From an uncultured Gemmatimonadaceae bacterium (GTDB lineage Bacteria; Gemmatimonadota; Gemmatimonadetes; Gemmatimonadales; Gemmatimonadaceae), in assembly GCA_963751275.1 (NCBI GenBank), contig CAVVTZ010000007.1, positions 896,001 through 960,000 of the forward strand: a stretch of 64,000 bases of DNA, given 5' to 3'. Every line of letters starts with the position of its first letter. Position 1 is the first letter of the stretch. The notes under the pieces were generated by a model. The model saw nothing but the letters and a program-made list of their open reading frames with translations. It was not told the DNA's origin and did no database searches. Below are positions 50,573-60,641 of the stretch, one piece after another. The position numbers and the translations under genes were made by a program.

Positions 50573-52078
50573 ATGCGGCTCTTTTCCATTGCCGGTGCGG
50601 TCTTGACCGCCGCGTTCATCGCGGCCGGCACGGTATCGGCACCGGCCCAGGTGGCCACGAGAGCACCGGCGGTGCGGACGACGATGGCGCCCGCGCCGGC
50701 TGGATTGCAGGCCTTCACTACACCATCGGTGTGCGCGCAGCACTCCGACGTGCCGAACTGCACCGGTGCGCTCGAGCACGGGCTCGTGCTCTTCACCTGG
50801 ACGTGCGCGAACTGTGACCCGAACTGGCAGGCGCTGTTCGTCGTGAACGGGCAGCCGGGGGCGGTCTCGGATCTCACTCTCGCGCCTTCCAAGCACGCCG
50901 CGCTCAGTGTGCGCGCGAACCAGTTCAAGTCCGCCGATTGCGTGGCGGTGCGGATCTACAACCCGGCGCAGGCGGGGCAGCAGGCGACGAGCAATGCGGT
51001 GTGCCTGGCGCAGGTGATGGCGGCGCACGTCACGGTGGCGCCACCGGCGGCCAACGTGCGCGCGGCGCCCGCCGCCGGCGCCGCGGTCGCGACGGCGAAG
51101 GCGCCGGCGGCCGTGAGCGCCTCGTTCGTTCCCACGCCCAGCGGCATGGGCAGCACGCACGATCCGCACATGTGCGCGTCGCACGGCGGCACCGCGGGCA
51201 GTCTCGCCTGCTCGGCGGCGCTGCCAGCGGGCCAGCTCGCGCTCGTCTGGACCTGCCACGGATGCAAGGTGAGCGGCTACCGTCTGTATCGCGTGGACAA
51301 CGGCCAGCACACGCTGCTCCCGGCGAACGGCGCGTACGCCAGCGATGCCACGATCACGCTCGCGCTGCTCGAGCCGCCGGGCGACGGATTCAATGGGAAG
51401 TGCTGGGCGGTGGCGGCGTACAACGGCTCGAATGAATCGACGCTGAGTAACAGCTGGTGCGCCGGCGCCGGGAGCACGATCTCATCGATGACGCTGCAGC
51501 CGGGGCACGCGCTGCACTGGCAGCATTATCGTCCCTCGCGCACCGGAGTGATCGGCCACACGGACAAGCCGATCGATACGTACGACGCGACGATCTACGT
51601 GGGCTACGCGGATCACTATTGGAACAACGAGTTCGGCGATTCCTACGATGACTACATCCACCGGTCGGGCGTGTACTTCGATCTCTCGCCGCTGGCCGGG
51701 AAGACCGTGAGCAAAGCGGTGCTGCAATTCAACGCGTTCTCGTCATGGCACGACTACGACAATACGTCGGGGGATGCTCCGAACCTGACGGCGCAGAGCA
51801 CGGAGGCGTGCGTCGCCAGGATCTACAAGGCCACGGATCACTGGTGGGAGAACAACGACCTCGCCTCGAAGGTCTCGTACAGTGCGCCCGGGAATTACAA
51901 CGGGCCGACGTTCGGCATCGACGTGACCTCCGCGATCGCCGGCTGGCTCAAGAACCCATCGACGAACTTCGGATTCATCCTGGCGGGTTCCGACGAGAAT
52001 GACACGTGGCACGGCAACCGGAACAACGTGTGTCTCACGCAGCTGGAGTCGGTGGCGCTGGTGGTGAGCTACCACTGA
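50573..52078 (+). CDS. Secreted Cys-rich protein with C-terminal DNRLRE-like domain
   Basis: Signal peptide; two WTCxxC modules; FDLSPL...KAVL...DVTSAI.GWL..NFGFIL. Confidence 0.75.
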   Translation: MRLFSIAGAVLTAAFIAAGTVSAPAQVATRAPAVRTTMAPAPAGLQAFTTPSVCAQHSDVPNCTGALEHGLVLFTWTCANCDPNWQALFVVNGQPGAVSDLTLAPSKHAALSVRANQFKSADCVAVRIYNPAQAGQQATSNAVCLAQVMAAHVTVAPPAANVRAAPAAGAAVATAKAPAAVSASFVPTPSGMGSTHDPHMCASHGGTAGSLACSAALPAGQLALVWTCHGCKVSGYRLYRVDNGQHTLLPANGAYASDATITLALLEPPGDGFNGKCWAVAAYNGSNESTLSNSWCAGAGSTISSMTLQPGHALHWQHYRPSRTGVIGHTDKPIDTYDATIYVGYADHYWNNEFGDSYDDYIHRSGVYFDLSPLAGKTVSKAVLQFNAFSSWHDYDNTSGDAPNLTAQSTEACVARIYKATDHWWENNDLASKVSYSAPGNYNGPTFGIDVTSAIAGWLKNPSTNFGFILAGSDENDTWHGNRNNVCLTQLESVALVVSYH

Positions 52079-52117
52079 AACTGATAGACGTTGGACGTTA
52101 GACGTTAGAACAGACAG

Positions 52118-52150
52118 GACGCCCCGCTCGAGACACTCGAGCGGGGCGTC
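52118..52150. terminator. GC-rich hairpin
   Basis: GACGCCCCGCTCGAG ACA CTCGAGCGGGGCGTC. Confidence 0.6.
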
Positions 52151-52268
52151 GGCGTCACGATCCTGGCATCCGGCCCGGCCCCTCTTGCCAATTCGTTAGA
52201 CGATTCTCACATTACTGGCCCGACGCTCGATCCTGCCCGAGAAGTCCCTACACCAAGAAGAGGTAGCT

Positions 52269-53981
52269 ATGAGACTTCGACCACAAACACTCGCCGTCCT
52301 CGCTGCGGGGGCGCTCGCAACGGCGCTCGTTCCATGGTCTTCGCTCGGTGCACAGGCGAAGACGAGCAAGCCGAACATCATGTTCATCATGGGCGATGAC
52401 ATTGGCTGGATGCAGGTCGGGCTGTACCACGAAGGGTTGGCACTCGGCGAAACGCCGAACATTGACCGCATCGGCCGCGAGGGTGCGAAGTTCACGACCT
52501 ACTACGCGGAGCAGAGTTGCACCTCGGGCCGCAACGCCTTCTTCACGGGCATGCATCCGTTGCGCACCGGAATGATCCCGCCGCAGCTGCCGGGCAGCCC
52601 ATCGTACCTGCGTCCCGGTACGCCGGCGATCGCGAAGTTCCTGCACGACCTGGGCTACACCACCGGTGAGTTCGGCAAGAATCACTTGGGCGACCACACC
52701 GCCGCTTTGCCCACGGCCCACGGCTTCCAGGAATTCTTCGGCTATCTGTACCATTTGGACGCCATGGAGCAGGTCAGCTTCCCCGACATCAACAAGACGC
52801 CTCTCCTGCAGGGCTTCGCGCCACCGTGCAAGAACACGCCGATCAAGGGAATGGCCGATGTCCCCGGCGCAGTGGACCCGATGACCACGACCTGTCTGAC
52901 GCCGCCGCGGCCGATGATGCTCTGCACGTCGTCCGATGGCACCGAGGCCAATCAGACGTGCAAGGATGAGGGCCCGCTCACGTTGGAGCGCTCGCGCGGT
53001 GTGGACGAGGAGATCTCGGCTCACGTGATCGATTTCCTCGATCGCAACGATCCGAAGAAGACCGGCAAACCGTTCTTCGTCTGGTACAATCCCGCGCGCA
53101 TGCACATCACCACCATGCTGTCGCCGAAATACCTGGCGATGGTCGGCGAGCAGGGCGGCAAGGATTGGGGGATCAACGAGGCCGGCATGAAGCAGATGGA
53201 CGACAACATTGGCCTCGTCATCAAGAAGCTCGAGGAGATGGGCCAGCTCGATAACACGATCCTGGCATTCACAACCGACAATGGCGCCGAGACGCAGACG
53301 TTCCCCGACGGTGGGACCACGCCATTCAAGGGGCAGAAGCTGACCACGTGGGAAGGCGGCATGCGCGTGCCTATGGTGGTGCGGTGGCCCGGGCACATCA
53401 AGCCTGGCACGCTCTTGACCGAGATGTTCGCTTCGCTCGACTGGCTGCCGACTCTCGTCGACATCGCTGGCGGTCCCAAGGGCGACGCATTGAACAAGCA
53501 GATCCAGGCCGGCCAGTATCCGGGCATCGTGAAGACCATGCTCGACGGCGTGGACCAGACCGACTATCTGCTCGGGAAGTCGGATACTTCGATGCGCAAC
53601 ACGTTCTTCTACTACGCCGACGCGACACCCTCGGCGGTGCGCTTCAAGAATTGGAAGTTCTACTATACGATGGCCGGTTCGACGGGCGCCGCCGCGCTCG
53701 ATCCGCCGGTGACGTTCCACTGGACCCAGATCGATAACATTCGGCGCGACCCGTTCGAGCAGGCCGTTGGGGATGGGCAGAAGTCCATTCTCTCGTACGG
53801 CGGTGCGCTCGCGTCACCCACCACGGCGTATCTCTACGACTGGAACCTGCTTCCGGTGGGGCAGCTGCTGTGGCTGAAGGAGCTCGAATCGTATAAGAAG
53901 TTCCCGCCGCTGCAGGCGCCGGAGACGTACAATCTCGATGGCATTCTCAAGGCCATGCAGGACGTACACCAAAGCAACTAG
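52269..53981 (+). CDS. Arylsulfatase
   Basis: PNIMFIMGDD, SCTSGR, GKNHLGD, TDNG, WEGGMRVP. Confidence 0.93.
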   Translation: MRLRPQTLAVLAAGALATALVPWSSLGAQAKTSKPNIMFIMGDDIGWMQVGLYHEGLALGETPNIDRIGREGAKFTTYYAEQSCTSGRNAFFTGMHPLRTGMIPPQLPGSPSYLRPGTPAIAKFLHDLGYTTGEFGKNHLGDHTAALPTAHGFQEFFGYLYHLDAMEQVSFPDINKTPLLQGFAPPCKNTPIKGMADVPGAVDPMTTTCLTPPRPMMLCTSSDGTEANQTCKDEGPLTLERSRGVDEEISAHVIDFLDRNDPKKTGKPFFVWYNPARMHITTMLSPKYLAMVGEQGGKDWGINEAGMKQMDDNIGLVIKKLEEMGQLDNTILAFTTDNGAETQTFPDGGTTPFKGQKLTTWEGGMRVPMVVRWPGHIKPGTLLTEMFASLDWLPTLVDIAGGPKGDALNKQIQAGQYPGIVKTMLDGVDQTDYLLGKSDTSMRNTFFYYADATPSAVRFKNWKFYYTMAGSTGAAALDPPVTFHWTQIDNIRRDPFEQAVGDGQKSILSYGGALASPTTAYLYDWNLLPVGQLLWLKELESYKKFPPLQAPETYNLDGILKAMQDVHQSN

Positions 53982-54189
53982 CTGGCCGCGTGCGGATCGA
54001 GTATCACGGCGGGCGGTCCCTGCGGGGGCCGCCCGTTTCGCCTCATGCAGAGATCGTGGTGCGCACGGAGACGTGCGCACTCTCCCCTCTTGCGCCGAGC
54101 GGCGAACTTTTCCACTCGTGGTCGTATTCGATCAGCAGGTTGTTGCCCCCCGCAGGATCAGCTACCGCACCTACAACGAGGACAGCGCG

Positions 54190-55876
54190 ATGATAAGCTT
54201 TGGATGGCGAAGGAGCGGCGTCCGCTACGCCGCCGCGACGGCGGCTCTCATGCTTGCCGTGCCGCTGGTGATCCAGGCGCAGGCGTCGGCCAAGAAACCG
54301 AATATCGTCATGCTGATGACCGACGATACCGGTTGGGGCGACTGGGGCTACATTCGGGCGGCGGCGCCGCGCTCGGCCACCCCACGCCGAACATCGACCG
54401 CGTGGCGAAGGAAGGCACCTACTTCACGAACTGGTATGGCCAGGCGAGCTGCACCGCGGGGCGCGCGTCGTTCATCACGGGCCGCATCCCCATTCGCTCG
54501 GCGCTCTCGATCGTGGTGGCGCCGGGCGATGAGAACGGGTTGCACAAGGAGACGCCCACCATCGCCGAGTTCTTCAAGAAGAACGGCTATCAGACCTACT
54601 TCTCGGGGAAGTGGCACCTGGGTGACAAGCCGGAATTCTATCCCATCGAGCACGGCTTCGATGAGATGCGGAACTTCGCGGCGTATTACCCGGGCGTGTA
54701 CACGTACAGCGATACGTCGCCGCGGATGCACCCGTGGTTCCCGCGGTACAATCCGGAATTCTGGAAGATGTACCAGGACGCGGTGAACCTGCACGAATGG
54801 TCGGGCGTGGCCGGCAAGCCCGCGGTGCAAGGGCGAACTGATCACGTGGGATGCGCTCGGCGGAGTTCGATGTGCGCCAGACGGCCTCGGCCGTCGCGTA
54901 CATCAAGGAGCACGCCAAGGACGCGAAGCCGTTCTTCATGGACGTCAACTTCATGAAGATGCACAACCCGAACAACCCGGCCAAGGAATTCGCCGGCAAG
55001 ACGCACCTCGGCAATTACTCGGACGCGATGCTCGAGCTCGATTCCAACATTGGCAAGATCATGGATGCGATCCGCGCCGAGGCGCCGAACACGATCGTGA
55101 TCATCACGGCCGACAACGGGGCGTGGCAGGATGCCTATCCGGACGCCGGCACCGTGCCCTTCCGCGGCGAGAAGGGGACCGCCTTCGAAGGCGGCTGGCG
55201 CGTGCCGGGCATCATGTGGTCGCCCGGGCGGATCCCGGCCGGCCAGCACCTGGATGAGATGATGTCGCACATGGATGTGTGGCCGACGACGGCCGCGATG
55301 GTGGGGCTCAAGCCGCCGCCAACGGGGGAGTGGACCGACAACGCCGGCAAGCCCATCTACTTCGATGGCATCGACAACAGCGCCTACGTCACCGGCAAGG
55401 CCATGCACTCGGCGCGCGATGGGTGGATCTACATCGACGGCGAGAATTTCCTGGGCATGCGCGCCGACATCGGCGGCGATCCCAACGAGCCGTGGCTGCG
55501 CATCGCCTGGAAGTATCTGTATACCGCGAAGGACACGTGGCTCGGCCCCGACCAGAACCTCGGTTCCATTGGCGCGACGTACAACCTGACCATGGATCCC
55601 TACGAGAAGTATTCCATGACGTTCAATGGCGCGGTCGCCTCGCGCATGCCGGGCGAATCGCCGGGCAAGTACGCGGGTGAGGACAACGGGTGGGTGCTCG
55701 CGCTCCTGTATCCCGTGCTGGTGAATTTCGACTTGTCCATCATGAAGTATCCGAACATCCAGCGCGTGCCGGGCGGCGCCTCGAACGATCTCGTGCCGAA
55801 CCTGAAGATGCCATCGAATCCGGTGCCATTGCTCGATCCGAAGAAGCCGGTGAAGGCCATTCCAGCGATCGATTGA
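54190..55876 (+). CDS. Arylsulfatase, frameshifts near 54355 and 54840
   Basis: PNIVMLMTDD, SCTAGR, GKWHLGD, ADNG, EGGWRVP across three frames. Confidence 0.9.
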
Positions 55877-56019
55877 ACGAAGTCGAGGTGATGTGAAGCG
55901 GGCGGTCCGAGAGGGCCGCCCGTTTCGCGTTCGGGATGGGTTCATCGCGCGGGTTTTCGATGTCGATGCCTACGTGGCATTCTGGCATCTTCCCGGCGGA
56001 GAGATCCATCACGGCAACT

Positions 56020-56538
56020 GAACTGCTTTGACAGGATTATCAGGATGGACGGGATTGACGGGATGACTGCACCCCGAGCGCCGCTAGACGATCCGGTGAC
56101 GGAGCGCGTGATCGGGCTCGCAATGAAAGTCCATCGAGTGCTGGGACCCGGATTCCTGGAGTCCGTTTACCGAAGAGCGCTCTTGGTTGAACTGCGAACG
56201 GCCGGCGTCGCGGCCGAAGAGGGCAGGCGGATCAGCGTCGCATACAGCGGCGTCTCAGTGGGCGAGTTCATCGCCGACATCATCGTCGGCGAAAGAGTGG
56301 TCGTTGAGTTGAAAGCCGTCGAAGCGCTCCACAGTGCACACGAATTTCAGATAGTGAACTATCTGACCGCGACGGGCATCGACGTGGGCCTCTTATTCAA
56401 CTTCGGCAGTGCGCAGTTGCAGTTCAAACGAAAATATCGCCGTGGCCGAGCGAACCAAGGCGCCCGGGAACGGCGAGAACGACTCGGACCATCATCCTGA
56501 CAATCCCGTTCATCCCGTGAATCCTGTCAAAGCAGTTC
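56020..56538. mobile_element. GxxExxY cassette 2, bounded by 47-bp inverted repeats
   Basis: GAACTGCTTTGACAGGATTATCAGGATGGACGGGATTGACGGGATGA (56020-56066) / TCATCCTGACAATCCCGTTCATCCCGTGAATCCTGTCAAAGCAGTTC (56492-56538). Confidence 0.75.
56063..56500 (+). CDS. GxxExxY protein (PD-(D/E)XK nuclease-like)
   Basis: VHRVLGPGFLESVY, ADIIV..VVVELKAV, QIVNYL.ATGIDVGLLFNFG; alternative start 56045. Confidence 0.93.
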   Translation: MTAPRAPLDDPVTERVIGLAMKVHRVLGPGFLESVYRRALLVELRTAGVAAEEGRRISVAYSGVSVGEFIADIIVGERVVVELKAVEALHSAHEFQIVNYLTATGIDVGLLFNFGSAQLQFKRKYRRGRANQGARERRERLGPSS

Positions 56539-56617
56539 GTTCAGGATGCCAGGATGACCAGGATGCTGAGGCTGCGCACGAGTTCGTGAACGAGCATGTG
56601 TGCCTGCACTCGCAAGT

Positions 56618-57659
56618 CTACGGCGTGAGCTCCGTCATGTGGAGCGTCGCCTTCAGGATCTTCATCACCACCGCCATCCCATTCTCCCCATTGGTGAAGA
56701 TCACGATGCCGCGCTTCGACGCGGGCAGAAGGAGTACGATCGTCTTGATCCCCTCATCCGATCCGGTGTGCATCAGGATCACGGGATCCTCGGCAGGGCC
56801 CTTCATCACTTCCCAGCCGAGTCCCATCGCTTCGGTGGTGCTGTGCTCGAACCAGACCTGCGGCGTGGTCATGTCGGCGTAGACCGCGGGCGAGAGGCCG
56901 GCGCCGTTCAGCACGTTCGCCGCGAAGCGCGCGTAGTCGCCGATGGTGGTCACGAGCCAGTCGGCGGCGTTCGGGCGTGACATGGGATGCATCGACGTGT
57001 ACACGATCGCACCCGTCGTGTCGTGCCCGTACGCGAACAGCGACGAATCGTGGCGCGGGTCCCAGCCGTACGTGGTGTTCGTCATGCCGAGCGGTGCGAA
57101 GAGGATCGAGTCGGAAAGCCGCTGGAGCGACTCGCCGAACTTGTGCTCGAGGGCATGACGCAGGTATTCGAAACCTTCGCCCGAATATTTGTACTTGGTG
57201 CCGGGCGGAAAGAGGAAGACGAGCTTCCCCGACGCCGACGCGCCGCGCCAATTCGGGAATCCGGTCTGATGGCTGAGGATGACGCGCGGCGTGAGCTTCG
57301 CCGCCCACGGATCGCCCGCGAGGTCGGGATCCACCCAGTCGGCCGCGAGCGAGCCGTCGAGCTCCAACCGGCCCGCGCTCACGAGGCGCAGCGTCGTCAC
57401 GGCGACCACCGGCTTCGTGAGCGACGCGACGTTCCAAAGGGCACTCGTGTCGAGCGACACGCCCGGCTCGGAGCTCGCCGAAGGTCTCGACCGTCCGGAT
57501 GCGGCCGTTCTCGACGATACCGATCGCCACGCCGGGCACGTGACTCTCGCGCATCCAGGCCGGCATGTTGTAATGAAAGGTCAGCGGGATCGACGTCTGC
57601 GCCTGGCCCGCGCTCGACAGGAGCAATGCGAGCGCTACGCCTAATCGTTGCAGCTTCAT
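56618..57659 (-). CDS. Serine hydrolase (beta-lactamase/AmpC-like family), frameshift near 57462
   Basis: ASLTK (SxxK), LSHQTG, YKYSGEG, HTG; signal peptide and VPGVAIG in the upstream frame. Confidence 0.88.
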
Positions 57660-57834
57660 GGGCCGGGCCTCCATCGCGGGGGTCGGGGTCGGATACCCTA
57701 CGGCAAGGAGCCGCGCGAGTGACAAGCGGCGCACTCGAGGCGGACGGACTGTTACGCGGCCCGCTCTATCCAAGCGGTTAAGAAACGGCTAATGTCTGCC
57801 GCCATCACGACGGTTCGCCATCCCGAAAGGAGCG

Positions 57835-60528
57835 TTGCAAATGGAACATGTTCGCGCGTGGATCCCTCGCATCACGATCGGCGCCACGGCGCTCTTCGTC
57901 ACCGTTGCCGCCGCCGCCCCGCTCGCGGCGCAGGTCGTCACCGGCACGCTCGGTGCGCCGAGTGCCACGACCACCGTGAAGGGCGACCAGCTCCCCGCGC
58001 CGCCGATGAAGTTCGGCGGCAAGATCGCCGATGCGGCTTCGGCGAGCACGCCGTGGTGGCCGCCGCGCATCGTGCCGCCGGCGAAGGCGCCGAACATCCT
58101 GCTCATCATGACGGACGACCAGGGCTACGGCGTCCCCGGCACGTTCGGCGGCGTGATCCCCACGCCGGCGCTCGACCGGATAGCGAAGAACGGGCTGCGC
58201 TACACGGAATTCCATTCCACCGCGCTCTGCTCGCCCACGCGCGCCGCGCTCATCACCGGGCGCAATCACCATTCCGTGGGCTTCGGCGTCATCGGCGAAC
58301 TGTCCACCGGTTTCCCCGGTTACAACTCCGTGATCGGTCCGGAGAACGCCACCATCGGGCGCATCCTCAAGGACAACGGCTACGCGACCTCGTGGTTCGG
58401 CAAGAATCACAACACGCCCGGCTTCCAGTATAGCAGCACAGCCGGCCCGTTCGATCAATGGCCGTCGGGGATGGGCTTCCAGTATTTCTACGGCTTCATG
58501 GGCGGCGAGACGGACCAGTGGGAGCCGTATCTCTTCCGCGACCACACGCAGATCTATCCGTGGATCGGGCGCGAAGGCGAGTACAATCTCACCACCGACA
58601 TGGCGGACGAGGCGATCAAGTACATGCGCGACCTGAACGCGGCCGCGCCCGACAAGCCCTTCTTCCTCTATTACGTGCCCGGTGGCAGTCACTCGCCGCA
58701 CCAGCCCAAGCAGGAATGGATCGACAAGTTCAAGGGCAAGTTCGACATGGGCTTCGAGAAGATGCGCGATTCGATCTTCGCGAATCAGAAGAAGCTCGGC
58801 GTGATCCCGGCGAACACGATGCTCACGCCGTGGCCGGCGGACCTGCCGCACTGGGATACGCTGTCCGAGGTGCAGAAGAAATTGTTCGAGCGGCAAGCCG
58901 AGGTGTTCGCCGGATACGTGGCGTATACCGACAATGAGATCGGCCGCGTGATCCAGGAGGTGCAGGATCTCGGCAAGCTCGACAACACGATCATCATCTA
59001 CATCGACGGCGACAACGGCACGAGCCCCGAGGGCGCGATCGAGGGCACGTTCAACCAGCTCACGGCGTACAACGGCGTGATCGGCTTCCCGCACGAGGAA
59101 GCGGTGCAGTTCGCGCACATCGACCAGTGGGGCGGCCCGAAGACGTATCCGCACATGTCGGCGGCGTGGGCGTGGGCCTTCGACACGCCCTTCAAGTACA
59201 CGAAGCAGGTGGCGTCGCACTTCGGCGGCACGCGCCAAGGGCTCGCGATCTCGTGGCCCGGCCACATCACCGACGTCGGCGGCATCCGCTCGCAGTTCCA
59301 CCATGTGATCGACATCGTGCCCACACTGCTCGAGATCACGGGGATACCGGCGCCGACGACGGTCGATGGGATCAAGCAGCGCCCGATCGAGGGGATCAGC
59401 ATGGCGTACACCTTCGACAAGGCGAACGCCAACGCGCCCTCGAAGCGCAGCACGCAGTACTTCGAGATGGTCGGCAACCGCGCGATCTACCACGACGGCT
59501 GGATCGCCGCGACGCACCCGCCGCTCCCACCCTGGGCGATGGGCGTGGGCACGATGCCGAACATCATGACCGGCTACAAGTGGGAGCTGTACAACATCGC
59601 CGACGACTACTCCGAGTACAACGATCTGGCCGACAAGTTTCCGGCGAAGCTCAAGGAGCTGCAGGCGCTCTTCCTCAAGGAGGCCGGCAAGTATCAGGTG
59701 TTCCCGCTCGACAATTCCGGATTCGTGCGGCTGCTCACGGAGCGGCCGAGCGCGATCGCGGGCCGCAATGAATTCACCTACACCGGCGTGAACCTCGGCA
59801 TTCCGATGGGCAGTGCGCCGAGCATCCTGAACAAGGACTACACGATCACCGCGGATGTGACGATCCCGAGCGGAGGGGCGGAGGGCATGCTCGTGACGCT
59901 CGGCGGGCGCTTCGGCGGCTACGCGCTGTACCTGAGCCGCAGCTTCAACTGGTGGTTCCACGAGGCGTTCTTCCGGCGGCTCGCGCTCATCGTTCTCGTC
60001 GCCGGGCTGTTCTTCATGTGGCTGGCGGCGCGCGGGAAGTGGGGGAAGGCCGGCACGTTCTTCGGCAACGCGCTCGCGGTGGCGGGGGGCGGCGGCTGGC
60101 TGCTCATCGCGATCGTGGGCCTGCTGCATTTGGGGGCGGGGAAGCCGACGTTCGTCTACAACTTCCTGGACCTGCAGCGCACGAAGTGGACCGGGCCGGC
60201 GCTCGGCGCCGGCAAGCACACCGTCACGTTCGACTTCAAGTACGACGGCCCCGGCCCGGCCAAGGGCGGCACCGGCATCCTGAGCGTGGATGGCAAGGAA
60301 GTGGACCGCAAGACGATGGAGCACACCATCCCGCTGCTGATGGCGATCGATGAGACATTCGACATCGGCGCCGACACGCGCACGGGCGTGGACGATTTCG
60401 AGTACGCGGTGCCCTTCGCCTTCACCGGCACGATCGACACGCTCAAGATGAAACTCGGCCCGTCGCAGATCTCGATGCCCGAGAAGGCGGCGGCGCAGCG
60501 CGCGGTGCAGGACAAGGTGAACAACTGA
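57835..60528 (+). CDS. Arylsulfatase with C-terminal domain containing a two-TM insertion
   Basis: CSPTRAALITGR, GKNH, GDNG, GNRAIYHDGW; intact 897 aa ORF. Confidence 0.95.
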   Translation: MQMEHVRAWIPRITIGATALFVTVAAAAPLAAQVVTGTLGAPSATTTVKGDQLPAPPMKFGGKIADAASASTPWWPPRIVPPAKAPNILLIMTDDQGYGVPGTFGGVIPTPALDRIAKNGLRYTEFHSTALCSPTRAALITGRNHHSVGFGVIGELSTGFPGYNSVIGPENATIGRILKDNGYATSWFGKNHNTPGFQYSSTAGPFDQWPSGMGFQYFYGFMGGETDQWEPYLFRDHTQIYPWIGREGEYNLTTDMADEAIKYMRDLNAAAPDKPFFLYYVPGGSHSPHQPKQEWIDKFKGKFDMGFEKMRDSIFANQKKLGVIPANTMLTPWPADLPHWDTLSEVQKKLFERQAEVFAGYVAYTDNEIGRVIQEVQDLGKLDNTIIIYIDGDNGTSPEGAIEGTFNQLTAYNGVIGFPHEEAVQFAHIDQWGGPKTYPHMSAAWAWAFDTPFKYTKQVASHFGGTRQGLAISWPGHITDVGGIRSQFHHVIDIVPTLLEITGIPAPTTVDGIKQRPIEGISMAYTFDKANANAPSKRSTQYFEMVGNRAIYHDGWIAATHPPLPPWAMGVGTMPNIMTGYKWELYNIADDYSEYNDLADKFPAKLKELQALFLKEAGKYQVFPLDNSGFVRLLTERPSAIAGRNEFTYTGVNLGIPMGSAPSILNKDYTITADVTIPSGGAEGMLVTLGGRFGGYALYLSRSFNWWFHEAFFRRLALIVLVAGLFFMWLAARGKWGKAGTFFGNALAVAGGGGWLLIAIVGLLHLGAGKPTFVYNFLDLQRTKWTGPALGAGKHTVTFDFKYDGPGPAKGGTGILSVDGKEVDRKTMEHTIPLLMAIDETFDIGADTRTGVDDFEYAVPFAFTGTIDTLKMKLGPSQISMPEKAAAQRAVQDKVNN

Positions 60529-60570
60529 ACTGCAGGGGCGCGTCTGGCAACTGAGCGTGTAGATAAAGCT

Positions 60571-60598
60571 GGGGGCCGGCGCGAACGCGCCGGCCCCC
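60571..60598. terminator. Hairpin between convergent genes
   Basis: GGGGGCCGGCGCG AA CGCGCCGGCCCCC. Confidence 0.6.
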
Positions 60599-60641
60599 AT
60601 GTCGTATCCATACGCTCCGTTGCTAAGCGCGCCTGCTTTGT

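Noticed and set aside
52118..52150. Hairpin as a further att copy
   Set aside because: It shares the CGCCCCGC stem but has no tRNA fragment or arm; probably a generic terminator.
42729..60528. Sulfatase paralogues as a DGR template/variable pair or an assembly duplication
   Set aside because: Divergence is spread across the whole gene, not adenine-specific, and no reverse transcriptase is present.
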